Source: Longimicrobiales bacterium
GTDB taxonomy: Bacteria; Gemmatimonadota; Gemmatimonadetes; Longimicrobiales; Gaopeijiaceae
Reading direction: 5' to 3'
Length of the DNA: 64,000 nucleotides
Assembly: GCA_965202985.1 (NCBI GenBank)
Contig: CBDBCF010000001.1
Span: 1,600,001-1,664,000 of the forward strand
In this document: piece after piece, positions 1 through 9,956 of the stretch
How the letters are laid out: every line of letters starts with the position of its first letter
Numbering within the stretch: the first letter of the stretch is position 1
Translations under genes and position numbers: made by a program
The notes under the pieces: model-generated
What the model was told of the DNA's origin: nothing
Seen by the model: only the letters and a program-made list of their open reading frames with translations
Database searches by the model: none

Positions 1-543
1 GAATCCGGACCCCCGGGCTCGCCGCCTTCGGACCGCGACGGCGACGACCTTCTCGACTCCTACGACGGCGTGCGACCCCAAGGGACGATCAACTGCAACG
101 TCGTGAACCGGGACGGCGATCTGTCCGGCGTGACCACGACCTCGGGGCTGGCCTGGAAGGTGCCGGGCCGGGTCGGCGACTCGCCGATCGTCGGCGCGGG
201 GCTGTACGTGGACAACGACGTCGGGGCCTGCGGCTCCACCGGCAGAGGCGAAGCCGTGATCAAGACCTGCGGTTCGCACACCGTGGTGGAGCTGATGCGC
301 TCGGGGATGGCCCCCACCGACGCCTGCCTGGAAGCGCTGCGCCGCATCGTCGCCTTCACCGTCGAAGCGCGGCTCCTTCGCCAAGACGGACGGCCCGACT
401 TCCACGTCAACTACTACGCCGTCAACAAGAACGGCGAATACGGCGGAGCGGCGATCTTCTCCGGCGCCCGGTTCGCCGTCTGCGCGGGCGACCAAGAGGC
501 GCGTCACGAGGACTCGGCCTACCTGTTCGAGAGAGGGGAGTGA
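1..543 (+). CDS. N(4)-(beta-N-acetylglucosaminyl)-L-asparaginase / isoaspartyl peptidase family Ntn hydrolase (5' partial)
   Basis: GT nucleophile site (QGTINC) followed by TTTSGLAWKVPGRVGDSPIVGAG and TGRGE motifs; frame is open from base 1. Confidence 0.9.
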   Translation, partial: ESGPPGSPPSDRDGDDLLDSYDGVRPQGTINCNVVNRDGDLSGVTTTSGLAWKVPGRVGDSPIVGAGLYVDNDVGACGSTGRGEAVIKTCGSHTVVELMRSGMAPTDACLEALRRIVAFTVEARLLRQDGRPDFHVNYYAVNKNGEYGGAAIFSGARFAVCAGDQEARHEDSAYLFERGE

Positions 544-935
544 CGCGCGGCAAGAAGGGGGCCGCCAAGAAGAAGCCGGAGCGGGTCGGCTTCGGCGTGG
601 CCGAGTTGCCCGACGTGGAGCGGGCCGAGCGCCTGCACTGCAGCGGCCGGCAGGTGCCTTCGCCCATGGGGGACTTCCTGGTGGAGCTCGGCGTGCGCTC
701 CGAGCCCGACGGGACAAGCACCGTTCTGTTCGAATGCAAGAACTCGGCGCTGCGCTACGAGCTTCCGTTGCGCATCAGCACGTGGAGGGAGCGCAAGAAG
801 GTTCGCGCGCAGGCCTTGGACGGGCTGGACCCCCTCTGTCCCCGCGCCGAGCTGGGGCCGCCCCTGGAGCGCCGAGAAACGGACTGGTTCTGCCCCCGGT
901 GCAACCTGATGTTCGGGAGGGTGCCCGACGAATGA
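540..935 (+). CDS. hypothetical protein with C-terminal Cys motifs (possible Zn ribbon)
   Basis: GTGA overlap with upstream stop; LCPR and FCPRC motifs. Confidence 0.65.
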   Translation: MTRGKKGAAKKKPERVGFGVAELPDVERAERLHCSGRQVPSPMGDFLVELGVRSEPDGTSTVLFECKNSALRYELPLRISTWRERKKVRAQALDGLDPLCPRAELGPPLERRETDWFCPRCNLMFGRVPDE

Positions 936-960
936 CGCCGGGCGCTGGCGGCGCGGCGCG

Positions 961-2085
961 GTGAACAGAATCGCGGTGATCGGCGGAGACGGGATCGGCC
1001 CCGAGGTGGTCTCCGCGGCAGTGGAGGTCCTGACCGCCGCCGGAGACGCCTACGGCTGTACCTTGACCTTCGACGAATGGGACTTGGGCACCGAGCGCTA
1101 CTTGCGCGACGGCGCCACGCTCTCCGACGCCGAGCGGGACCGCTTGGTGGGCGAGTACGACGCCGCGCTGCTGGGCGCCCTGGGCGACCCGCGCGTCCCG
1201 GACAACGCCCACGCCCGCGACATCTTGCTGGGCCTTCGCTTCTGCGCCGACCTGTACGTAAACTACCGGCCCTGCAAGCTGCTGCTCCCCTCGCTGTGCC
1301 CGCTGAAGGACGGCGCGCGCGGCGACGGGATCGACATCGACTTCTTCCGCGAGAACACGGAGGGGCTCTACGCCGGCGCCGGGGGTCGCCTGAAGGCCGG
1401 CACCCGGGACGAAGTGGCCCTGCAGGAGAGCGTCAACACGTGGAAGGGCGTGGAGCGGATCGTCCGCGCCGCTTTCGAGCACGCCGCCGGGGCGGGCCGC
1501 GGGCGCGTGACGCTGGTGGACAAGGCCAACGCCCTGGTCCACGAGGGGGCGCTGTGGCGCCGCGTCTTCTCGGAGGTGGGCGCCGGCTTCCCCGAAATCG
1601 CGCAAGACGCCATGTACGTGGACGCCATGGCCATGGACTTGGTGCGGCGGCCGCACCGGTACGAGGTGGTGGTCACGTCCAACCTGTTCGGCGACATTCT
1701 GAGCGACTTGGCAGCCCAGATCACGGGAGGGATCGGCCTGGCGCCGTCGGGCAACCTTCATCCCGGTTCCTGGGCGCTCTTCGAGCCCATCCACGGGTCG
1801 GCGCCGGACATCGCCGGCTCGGGGACCGCGAACCCCGTGGGGGCCGTGGCGTGCGCCGGGCTGCTGCTGGACTTTCTGAGTCGCCGAGAGGCCGCGGCGG
1901 CGGTGGAGGCGGCCACGCTGGCCTCGCTCCGGGCCGGGGTGATCACGCCCGACCTGGGAGGACGGGCCACGACGGCCGAGGTCGGAACGTGGATCGCGGA
2001 CCGCGTGCGACGGACGACGAATCAAGCGACAATCGGGGTCGGCGGGCCGCGCCGGTGCCCCGCCAAGGAGACAAGGATCGACTGA
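961..2085 (+). CDS. isocitrate/isopropylmalate/tartrate dehydrogenase family (LeuB-like)
   Basis: GDGIGPEV, RENTEGLY, DKAN, NLFGDILSD and EPIHGSAPDIAG motifs. Confidence 0.92.
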   Translation: MNRIAVIGGDGIGPEVVSAAVEVLTAAGDAYGCTLTFDEWDLGTERYLRDGATLSDAERDRLVGEYDAALLGALGDPRVPDNAHARDILLGLRFCADLYVNYRPCKLLLPSLCPLKDGARGDGIDIDFFRENTEGLYAGAGGRLKAGTRDEVALQESVNTWKGVERIVRAAFEHAAGAGRGRVTLVDKANALVHEGALWRRVFSEVGAGFPEIAQDAMYVDAMAMDLVRRPHRYEVVVTSNLFGDILSDLAAQITGGIGLAPSGNLHPGSWALFEPIHGSAPDIAGSGTANPVGAVACAGLLLDFLSRREAAAAVEAATLASLRAGVITPDLGGRATTAEVGTWIADRVRRTTNQATIGVGGPRRCPAKETRID

Positions 2086-3290
2086 TGGGCACTCAAGGAT
2101 TCGGCAAAGACGTAGTGTTTCTGTCCGGCAAGCGGACCCCCTTCGGCACCTTCGGCGGGTCCCTGAAGGGCTTCTCGGCCACCGATCTGGGCGCGCTTTC
2201 GGCCCAAGCCGCCTTGGACGCCGCCGGGATCGATCCGGCGCAGGTCGGGCACGTCTTCTACGGCAACGCTCTGCAGACCTCGGCGGACGCCATCTACCTG
2301 GCGCGCCACGTCGGATTGCGCGCTGGCGTGCCGCAGGAGGCCGGGGCGCTGACCGTCAACCGGCTGTGCGGCTCGGGGTTCCAGGCGATCGTATCCGGGG
2401 CCCAAGAGGTCCTGCTGGGCGGCGCGGATGTGGCGCTCTGCGGCGGCGCCGAGTCGATGAGCCAAGCTCCCCACGTCGTCCGCGGCGCGCGTTGGGGCGA
2501 GCTGCGACTGGGTCCGGCCGCCCACGGGCTTCAGGACCTTCTCTGGGAGGCGCTGACGGACTCGAACTGCGGGCTGACGATGGCCCAGACCGCCGAGAAG
2601 CTGGCCGAACAGTACGACGTGACCCGCGAAGAGGCCGACCGCGTGGCGCTGGCCAGCCAGCAGCGGGCCAAGGCGGCGTGGGACGCGGGCCGCTACGACG
2701 CGGAAGTGGCGCCGGTGACCGTCAAGACGCGCACGGGTACGTCGGAGTTCGCCGTGGACGAGCACATGCGCCCGACCACCACGCTGGAGGCGCTGTCGGC
2801 GCTCCGCCCGTACTTCAAGAAGGACGGCCTGGTGACCGCCGGAAACGCCAGCGGCATCGGCGACGGAGCGGCGTCGGCGGTGGTGGCGGACGCGCGCTGG
2901 GCGGAAGCGGAAGGCGTGGCCCCGATCGGCCGCTTGGTGTCTTGGGGGTTCGCGGGCGTGGACCCCGAGATCATGGGAATCGGTCCGGCGCCGGCGGCAC
3001 GGGCCGCCCTTGCCAAGGCGGGCTTGACGTTGGCCGACATGGACCTGGTGGAGGTCAACGAAGCCTTCGCGCCCCAGTACAAGGCGGTCGAAAAGGAGCT
3101 GGGCCTGGACCCCGAGCGGACCAACGTGGACGGCGGCGCCATCGCCGTCACCCATCCGCTGGCCGCTTCGGGCGCGCGGATCACCATCCACCTGCTCCAC
3201 GAACTCCGGCGCCGGGGCGCGCGGTATGGCCTGGGCGCCGCCTGCATCGGGGGCGGCCAAGGCGGGGCCGTGGTGGTCGAAGCCCTTTGA
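2085..3290 (+). CDS. acetyl-CoA C-acyltransferase (thiolase)
   Basis: RTPFG, NRLCGSG, NEAFA, HPLAASGAR and CIGGGQG motifs; ATG overlaps upstream TGA. Confidence 0.95.
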   Translation: MGTQGFGKDVVFLSGKRTPFGTFGGSLKGFSATDLGALSAQAALDAAGIDPAQVGHVFYGNALQTSADAIYLARHVGLRAGVPQEAGALTVNRLCGSGFQAIVSGAQEVLLGGADVALCGGAESMSQAPHVVRGARWGELRLGPAAHGLQDLLWEALTDSNCGLTMAQTAEKLAEQYDVTREEADRVALASQQRAKAAWDAGRYDAEVAPVTVKTRTGTSEFAVDEHMRPTTTLEALSALRPYFKKDGLVTAGNASGIGDGAASAVVADARWAEAEGVAPIGRLVSWGFAGVDPEIMGIGPAPAARAALAKAGLTLADMDLVEVNEAFAPQYKAVEKELGLDPERTNVDGGAIAVTHPLAASGARITIHLLHELRRRGARYGLGAACIGGGQGGAVVVEAL

Positions 3291-3361
3291 GGGATTGACG
3301 TGACGCCCTCGCCCGGCCGTCGGGCTTGCCCCCGACGCCAGCGCAGGCGCAGGGTCGGGCC

Positions 3362-4234
3362 GTGAGCGGCGGCGGACCACTGACCCGGCGCGACTTCGAC
3401 GAGGTCATGCGACGGGCGGCGGAACTGGCAGGGGCCGACCCCGGCGCGGACGGCGCGGAACCGGTGTTCAGCGACGCGGAAGTGGTGCGCATCGGGAAGG
3501 AAGCCGGCCTTGCCGAGCACCACGTGCGCCGAGCCCTGGCCGACTTCCGCGCGGCCGGTGGGCCGAGGAGCGCCCGTCGCCGCGGGGTCGGGGCGCTTCT
3601 GGGGCCGGGGACGATCCGCACCAGCCGCGCGGTAGCCCGCTCCCGGCGCCGGATCGCGGGCGAGCTGGACGAGTTCATGGTGGCCGGGCAGCTGCTGCAG
3701 CCGGTTCGCCGCAAGGACGACCTGCTCCAGTACCGGCCCGCCATCGACTGGGCGTCTCGGGTGGCCCGGGCAGCCAGCGCCACGTCACGCCAGCACTACG
3801 TGGCCGCGGCAAGGCTGGTGGAGATCCGCTTGGCCGAGACGGACGACGAGGGCAAGGCCGGCGAAGCCGTCACCGTGGTCGACCTCTACGTGGACCCGGG
3901 GATCATCGGGAACTACCAGGGCGGGGCCGTCTTCGGGGGCGGCCTTGCGGGCGCCGCGGTGGGGACGGCGGCCGCGCTGGGGGCCGTTGCCTTGTTCCCG
4001 CTGGCGGTTGCCGTGGCTGCGGGCGTGGCTGCGGGCGCGGCGACGGCGCTGGCAGTGGCGGCGCTGGTGGCCAGGGGCTTCCGAAAGCGGCTGGACGAAG
4101 TAGAATCGGAGGTGGAGGGCATCCTGGACGGCGTGGAGGGCGGCCTGGGACTGGAGCCCCCGCCCCCGGCTTGGAGGCGATGGGTGCGGCGGCACTTCCA
4201 CGGCGTGGCCCGGGAAGTCATCGGACGACAGTAG
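3362..4234 (+). CDS. hypothetical membrane protein
   Basis: Long ORF in operon orientation with a C-terminal Gly/Ala-rich hydrophobic hairpin. Confidence 0.7.
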   Translation: MSGGGPLTRRDFDEVMRRAAELAGADPGADGAEPVFSDAEVVRIGKEAGLAEHHVRRALADFRAAGGPRSARRRGVGALLGPGTIRTSRAVARSRRRIAGELDEFMVAGQLLQPVRRKDDLLQYRPAIDWASRVARAASATSRQHYVAAARLVEIRLAETDDEGKAGEAVTVVDLYVDPGIIGNYQGGAVFGGGLAGAAVGTAAALGAVALFPLAVAVAAGVAAGAATALAVAALVARGFRKRLDEVESEVEGILDGVEGGLGLEPPPPAWRRWVRRHFHGVAREVIGRQ

Positions 4235-4260
4235 GAACGACCAAACAAGGGGAGAACGAC

Positions 4261-5139
4261 TTGAAGATCGAAGGCGTGGGCGTGGCGGGGTGCGGCCTTA
4301 TGGGAAGCGGGATCGCCGAAGTGTCGGCGCGAGCCGACTGCCGGGTGGTGGTTCGGGAGGTGGACGCCGCCGCCCTGGATGCGGGGCGCGCCCGAGTGGA
4401 GAAGTCCCTGGGCAGAGCGGTGTCGAAGGGCAAGCTGGACGCCGCCGCGCGCGACGAGACGTTGGCGCGGGTCGCCTTCACCACCTCCCTGGACGACCTG
4501 GCCGAGTGCGACCTCGTGATCGAGGCCATCGTGGAGTCGCTGGACGCCAAGAACCAGCTCTTCGCTCACCTGGACCGGGCGTGCGGACCGGAGACGATCT
4601 TCGCCTCCAACACGAGCTCGCTGACCGTGACCGACATGGCAGCGGCCACGTCCCGTCAGGACCGCTTCGTGGGCCTGCACTTCTTCAACCCCGTTCCGGT
4701 GATGAAGCTGGTGGAGGTGGTCCGCACGATCGCGACCAGCCAGGAGACGTTCGACGCGGCCTTCGCCTTCGCCAAGCGGATCGGCAAGACGCCGATCGCC
4801 GCCAAGGACAACTCGGGCTTCGTGGTGAACCTGCTGCTGGTTCCCTACATGCTGGACGCGATCCGGCAGCTGGAGCGCGGAGTGGCCACCGTCGAGGACA
4901 TCGACAAGGGGATGACGCTGGGCTGCGGGTACCCCATGGGGCCGTTCACCCTGTGCGACTTCGTGGGGATCGACACGCTGCACCTCATCTCCGAGATCAT
5001 GTTCGAGGAGTACCGGGAAGCGCGATACGCCCCGCCCCCGCTACTGAAGCGGCTCGTGTCGATGGGAAGGTTCGGCCGAAAGACCGGCGCCGGCTTCTAC
5101 GACTGGACCGCCGACGGGCCGGTGCCCCTCAAGGTCTGA
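4261..5139 (+). CDS. hbd: 3-hydroxybutyryl-CoA / 3-hydroxyacyl-CoA dehydrogenase
   Basis: GCGLMGSGIA Rossmann motif, SNTSS, GLHFFNPV, PMGPF; TTG start after GGGGAG. Confidence 0.93.
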   Translation: MKIEGVGVAGCGLMGSGIAEVSARADCRVVVREVDAAALDAGRARVEKSLGRAVSKGKLDAAARDETLARVAFTTSLDDLAECDLVIEAIVESLDAKNQLFAHLDRACGPETIFASNTSSLTVTDMAAATSRQDRFVGLHFFNPVPVMKLVEVVRTIATSQETFDAAFAFAKRIGKTPIAAKDNSGFVVNLLLVPYMLDAIRQLERGVATVEDIDKGMTLGCGYPMGPFTLCDFVGIDTLHLISEIMFEEYREARYAPPPLLKRLVSMGRFGRKTGAGFYDWTADGPVPLKV

Positions 5140-5175
5140 CCGAACCGTGCGCCGTGCCCGCGAACGGGGGTGGGT

Positions 5176-5370
5176 CTACCGGCGGCCTCGGCGCTGGCGA
5201 CGACGCTCCCTGCGGATCGCGGCCTCCCGGCGCCGCTTCCTGCGCGCGCTGGGCTTCTCGTAGAAGCGACGCTTGCGGAGTTCGGAGTAGAGCCCCGAGC
5301 GCTGCACCTTCCGCTTGAACCGGCGGAGGGCGCGCTCCAAGCTCTCGTTTTCCTGAACGACGACTTCCAA
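5176..5370 (-). CDS. rpsU: 30S ribosomal protein S21
   Basis: [14 protein letters not shown]...RFYEKPS signature; TTG start with GGAG upstream. Confidence 0.95.
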   Translation of the reverse strand: MEVVVQENESLERALRRFKRKVQRSGLYSELRKRRFYEKPSARRKRRREAAIRRERRRQRRGRR

Positions 5371-5420
5371 GTGATTCCACTCCGCTTTCGTGCGAAAAGG
5401 CCGTTGCTGGACAGACCTTA

Positions 5421-5449
5421 AGCATAGCGCTGGCAGGGGACGACCGCAA
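5421..5449 (-). promoter_or_regulatory. putative sigma-70 promoter of rpsU
   Basis: TTGCGG-N17-TATGCT on the minus strand, about 50 nt upstream of the start. Confidence 0.5.
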
Positions 5450-5468
5450 ACGAGGAGTTCGGCCCCCC

Positions 5469-6053
5469 TCAAACTTCGTCCGGCTCGGGGTCCGGCACCG
5501 GCACGCGCTTCCGGGCGCCGCCCAAGAGGCCCTTCACCGCTTCGGTCACGTCGTGCGCACTCGACCACAACTCCGCAAAGCGCCGTGCGCCGTGCTCGGC
5601 CCCCGTCCGACCGCAGACGGTGGCGAAGGCGGGCCCGGAGTGCGGAAACGGCTGCTGGAACCAGTGGAGGCCGAAGACGGCGGCGAAGGGGCGGGCGTCA
5701 CGGTGGAACACCGCGAAGTCGGGGGTCCAGAAGGTCATCGGCGCCACTCGCGCCTCCAGGGCGCCCGACGCAAGCAGGCCGTGAAGCCGCTCGGCCACGG
5801 CGCGACGCCGCGGGTCGGCCATCACGGTCTCCGCTTCGCTTCGGAAGGTGCCCGCGCTGAGCTCCGAGAGCACCACGCGGATGCGCGCCAGCCCCTGCGC
5901 TTCCTCCGCCCCCAGGTCCACGGCGGCCAAGCGGATGTGGCGCGCGGCCACGGTGATCTCCGCGCTTTCGCGGGCAAGGAGGCCGAAGCGGACCCGCAGG
6001 TCCGGCTCCGCCCGTTCGTCGACCAGTTCCCCCAACGTTCGCTTTCGAATCAT
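5469..6053 (-). CDS. hypothetical protein
   Basis: Globular-looking C-terminal part of ORF 5469..6905 starting [10 protein letters not shown]; fills the gap between ychF and rpsU. Confidence 0.65.
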   Translation of the reverse strand: MIRKRTLGELVDERAEPDLRVRFGLLARESAEITVAARHIRLAAVDLGAEEAQGLARIRVVLSELSAGTFRSEAETVMADPRRRAVAERLHGLLASGALEARVAPMTFWTPDFAVFHRDARPFAAVFGLHWFQQPFPHSGPAFATVCGRTGAEHGARRFAELWSSAHDVTEAVKGLLGGARKRVPVPDPEPDEV

Positions 6054-6139
6054 GGGAGACACTATGGCGTCCGAAATTGGGCGTTTGGATAGCTGGATCG
6101 GCCCGTCTTGCAGCCGGCGCCCCGAAGTCCAGTCTCCGC

Positions 6140-7180
6140 TTACACGTTGAACCGCACGTGAAGGATGTCTCCGTCCTCCACCATGTAGTCCTTGCCCTCC
6201 ACGCGGACCTTTCCGGCCTCCTTCGCCGCCTTCTCCGAACCGAACTCCGCGAACGCGTCGTAAGGCAGCACTTCGGCTCGAATGAACCCGCGCTCCAGGT
6301 CGCTGTGGATGCGGCCCGCGGCCGCCCGGGCAGTCGTGCCGCGCCGGATCGGCCAAGCCCGGACCTCGTCTTCGCCCGTCGTTAGGAACGAGATCAGGTC
6401 CATCAGCCCATAGGCCGCCCGCACGAAGCGATCCAGCGTCGGTTCGCCCAAGCCCAGGTCGTCCAGAAACGCCTCCTGGTCTTCCGGACCGAGCGCCGCG
6501 ATCTCCGCCTCCACCTGCGCCGACAGCACGATCTCGGCGCCGCCCGAAGCCTCGATCTCGGCGGCAAGCGCAGCGTCCACGGGCTCGGCGGCCCGGTCCT
6601 CGTCCCGATTGACCGCGATCAGCAACGGCAGGTCTGTAAGCAGTCCGTATCCCTTCAGGAACCGCCGGTGCAGCTTCGTCGTCGGCACCCGCCGCAGGGG
6701 CGTTCCCGCCGAAAGCGACTCCGTCATCGTCTCGAAGGCCGCGATCTCGCGGGAGTCGGCGCGCTCCTTTCGCGCCCGGTCCAGACGCCGTTCCACGATT
6801 CCCAGGTCGGCCAGGACGCACTCCTCGCGGAACGCCGCCGCTTCGCCCAGCGGGTCCGGCGCGCCCTCCACAACCGCGCTGGCGAAGTCGCGTACGACCA
6901 GGCACAGGGCCTCTTGGTCGCGAAGGTTCTGCAGGGCGCTCGTGGACAGCACGCGCCCTCCGGCCCCGTGGTCGCCGGGCAAGTCCCGGAAGTTGACGGT
7001 GGCCCAGGTCGTCTTGCGGGGCGAGAACGCCTTGGACAGGGCGTCGACACGGGGGTCGGGGACCTTGACCGTCCCCAGGCGGACCTCCCCGCCGAAGCCG
7101 GCCGGCGCGTCCAGACCGGTCATGGCGTTGAAGAGGGTCGTCTTGCCCGAGCCGGCGAACCCCATCAAGCCGACCTTCAT
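6140..7180 (-). CDS. ychF: YchF/Obg-family ATPase (DUF933 C-terminus)
   Basis: GFAGSGKTT P-loop, DLPG, AAGRIHSDLERGFIRAEV, EGKDY.VEDGDI..RFNV. Confidence 0.9.
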   Translation of the reverse strand: MKVGLMGFAGSGKTTLFNAMTGLDAPAGFGGEVRLGTVKVPDPRVDALSKAFSPRKTTWATVNFRDLPGDHGAGGRVLSTSALQNLRDQEALCLVVRDFASAVVEGAPDPLGEAAAFREECVLADLGIVERRLDRARKERADSREIAAFETMTESLSAGTPLRRVPTTKLHRRFLKGYGLLTDLPLLIAVNRDEDRAAEPVDAALAAEIEASGGAEIVLSAQVEAEIAALGPEDQEAFLDDLGLGEPTLDRFVRAAYGLMDLISFLTTGEDEVRAWPIRRGTTARAAAGRIHSDLERGFIRAEVLPYDAFAEFGSEKAAKEAGKVRVEGKDYMVEDGDILHVRFNV

Positions 7181-7420
7181 GCCGACGAGAGCGGGAGTAG
7201 GTGCCGGTGGCGGGTCGAGCAGCGCGTCATGGGCACGTGGTCCTTGTGTGGGTTGCGGGGAGTCGGCGGCCCGGCCCAACGTGAACGCGGGGCCGCAAGC
7301 CGACGAGGGCGAAAGGTACGGAAGATGAACGACACGCGGGGAATCGACGCGGACGCCGCTTCGCCCGGCGGGAAGCCGGTGCCTGTACCGGTGCGGGGGG
7401 ACGTGCGGGACACGCGGGCC

Positions 7421-8749
7421 ATGTCCGTTCACGGGAGTGCTCGGGACGCGTCCGATCGCGGGGGCGTGTCTCGCCGGCGGTTCTTGACGACGGGGGCGGT
7501 TGGGCTGGCCGGGGCCTCGGCAGCAGCGTGCGGACAGTCGGTTCTCCACGCGCCGGAGGTCGCCGACGGGGAGGAAGCGTCCCCCGACCCCTTGAGCCGC
7601 CCGCCAGCGCAACCGGACGACGGCGCATGGACGGCCGCCCGAAGCCGCTTCGCTCTGGAGCCGGACACGACGTACATGAACAACGCCAGCTTGGGGAAGC
7701 CGCCGATCGCGGTCGCACATGCCGTCGCGTCGGGGTACGAGGCCCTGTCCGAGAACCCCTTTCGGGCCAAGGCCGAGCTGTCGGACGTGGTGTCGCGCCG
7801 CGTGGTGCCGGGTCTGGCCGCGTTGCTGGGGGCCGACGCGGACGAGGTGGTCCTGACCCGGAACGCCAGCGAGGCGCTTCACATGGGCGCAATGGGCGCC
7901 GTGCTCCGGCCCGGCGACGAAGTTTTGCTCACCAGCCAGGAGCACCCGGCGGGCCGGCGTCCCTGGGAGGTGCGCGAACGCCGCGACGGCGTGAAGTTGC
8001 GCACGGTCTTCATGCCGAGCCCCCTGGAGAGCGAAGACCAAGCGGCGGAGTTGATCGAAGCGGCCCTGTCTCCCGCCACCCGAGTCTTGGCCTTCTGCCA
8101 CGTCACCCGGGGCGGGCACCTGTATCCGGTGCGCCGGCTGTGCGCCCTGGCCCGCGAGGGAGGAGTGCTCAGCCATGTGGACGGCGCCCAGGCGGTGGGC
8201 ATGTTCCCGGTCGACCTGCACGACCTGGATTGCGACACCTACTCGGCAAGCCTTCACAAGTGGTTCCTGGGCCCCATGGGGACCGGTTTCCTGTACGTGC
8301 GGGCGGCTTCGCGGGAGCGCGTCCTGTCGCTCTTTGCGCCCGGCAGCCCGACGGGTGCGGCAGCCTACCAGCCGCCCGGCACGGCGGACCTGCCGGTCAG
8401 GGCGGCCCTGGCCGCGGCGCTGGACTTCCTGGAGGCCGCGACGCTCGCGGCCGTGGCGAAGCGGACCCGTCACCTCTCGGACCACCTGAAGGAACGGCTC
8501 GAGCAGATGCCCGGCGCGACCCTGCTCAGCGGGCGGGACGCCGCCGTCTCGTGTCCCGGCTCCACCATCTTCGAGATCGCCGGCGTCGACGCCGTGGCCG
8601 CCGTGGAGCGCATAGGCCGGCGGGCCGGCATCCACATCGACGAGCACCAGCGGGACGGCCACAACGCTGTCCGCGTGTCCACCCACGTCTACAACACGCA
8701 GGCGGAGATCGGGCGCCTGGTCGCCGAACTCGCACGGTTGCGCGTCTAA
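7421..8749 (+). CDS. class V PLP-dependent aminotransferase family protein with Tat signal (alternative start 7325)
   Basis: SRRRFL twin-arginine signal, YMNNAS, TRNASEA, DGAQ and SLHKW PLP-lysine motif. Confidence 0.88.
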   Translation: MSVHGSARDASDRGGVSRRRFLTTGAVGLAGASAAACGQSVLHAPEVADGEEASPDPLSRPPAQPDDGAWTAARSRFALEPDTTYMNNASLGKPPIAVAHAVASGYEALSENPFRAKAELSDVVSRRVVPGLAALLGADADEVVLTRNASEALHMGAMGAVLRPGDEVLLTSQEHPAGRRPWEVRERRDGVKLRTVFMPSPLESEDQAAELIEAALSPATRVLAFCHVTRGGHLYPVRRLCALAREGGVLSHVDGAQAVGMFPVDLHDLDCDTYSASLHKWFLGPMGTGFLYVRAASRERVLSLFAPGSPTGAAAYQPPGTADLPVRAALAAALDFLEAATLAAVAKRTRHLSDHLKERLEQMPGATLLSGRDAAVSCPGSTIFEIAGVDAVAAVERIGRRAGIHIDEHQRDGHNAVRVSTHVYNTQAEIGRLVAELARLRV

Positions 8750-8778
8750 GTTCCCCGCTTCCCAAGAGAGGTCGCTCC

Positions 8779-9879
8779 ATGTTCAAGCCCCCCGCAAGCC
8801 GCCCCGAGCGCGGCATCCGACGCCCCGGACTCGGCGTCCGACGTCCCGGACGGCCAGCGACGCTGGCGCTGGCCACCGTCGCCAGCACGTGGTTGGCGTC
8901 CTGTCGGCTGGAGCCCAAGGCCGTGCCCGAGTTGCGGGGCGACGAGCCGCCCGAGCCGAGCCATTTCCTGAGCGCCGAGAACACGCACGCTCGGTGGAGC
9001 GCCGCCGTTCCCCCGGTGCTGACCGTTCCTTCGGGCGCCGTCGTGGAGGTTCGGACGAAGGAGGCGTCCGACGGCCAGATCACGCCAGCCACCACGACGG
9101 CGGACCTTGCCGGGCTGGACTTCGGCCTCATCCATCCATTGACGGGCCCCGTCTACGTGGAAGGCGCCCGGCCCGGCGACGTGCTGGCGGTCACGCTGCA
9201 CGAGATCGAGATCGAGGGCTGGGGGTGGGCCAGCATCATCCCCGGGTTCGGGTTCTTGGCGGACGAGTTCGCGGAGCCGTGGCTGCGTGGCTTCGACATG
9301 GCCCCGGGCGTCGCGTCGGTGCGCTTTGCCGAGGGCGTGACCCTGCCTCTGGCGCCGTTCGCGGGGGTCATGGGCGTGGCGCCGGCCACCGACTCCATGC
9401 TGGTCACGATCCCGCCACGGGCGAACGGCGGGAACATGGACAACCGCCACATGACGGCCGGCACGACCGTCTACTTCCCGGTGCAAGTGGAAGGCGCGCT
9501 CTTCTCGATCGGCGATGCGCACGCCGCCCAAGGAGACGGCGAGGTGTCGGGCACGGCCATCGAGGCGCCGATGCGGATCGTTTACGGGGTCGAGGTCCTG
9601 GAGAACACGCGGGGCATGGTGGAGCCGCAGTACGAGACCGAGGACTACTACGCGGTCACCGGGTTCGCCCCAACCATCGACGAAGCGGCGCGGAAGGCGA
9701 CCCGGTACATGATCGACTACTTGACGGCCGAGCACGGCCTCTCGCGCGAGGAAGCCTACGTGCTGTGCTCGCTGGCGGGAGACCTGAAGATCACCGAGAC
9801 CGTTGACGTGCCGCACATGCTGGTGAGCATGCACATGCCCAAGTCGATCTTCGCCGCCGGGCCGAACGCGGGCTCGTAG
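8779..9879 (+). CDS. acetamidase/formamidase family protein
   Basis: HPLTGPVYVEGARPGD, GGNMD, GDAHAAQGDGEV and EAYVLCS motifs. Confidence 0.92.
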   Translation: MFKPPASRPERGIRRPGLGVRRPGRPATLALATVASTWLASCRLEPKAVPELRGDEPPEPSHFLSAENTHARWSAAVPPVLTVPSGAVVEVRTKEASDGQITPATTTADLAGLDFGLIHPLTGPVYVEGARPGDVLAVTLHEIEIEGWGWASIIPGFGFLADEFAEPWLRGFDMAPGVASVRFAEGVTLPLAPFAGVMGVAPATDSMLVTIPPRANGGNMDNRHMTAGTTVYFPVQVEGALFSIGDAHAAQGDGEVSGTAIEAPMRIVYGVEVLENTRGMVEPQYETEDYYAVTGFAPTIDEAARKATRYMIDYLTAEHGLSREEAYVLCSLAGDLKITETVDVPHMLVSMHMPKSIFAAGPNAGS

Positions 9880-9903
9880 CGGGCCCGAAAGTCGCGACGG
9901 GCC

Positions 9904-9950
9904 GCCGCCGGGGGGCCGTCCGGCGGCGCGTCCGGGATCAGCCGGGACGC
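9904..9950. terminator. GC-rich stem-loops between convergent genes
   Basis: CCGCCGG..CCGGCGG and GCGTCCGG..CCGGGACGC inverted repeats in the 9880-9956 intergenic gap. Confidence 0.4.
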
Positions 9951-9956
9951 CCGGGG

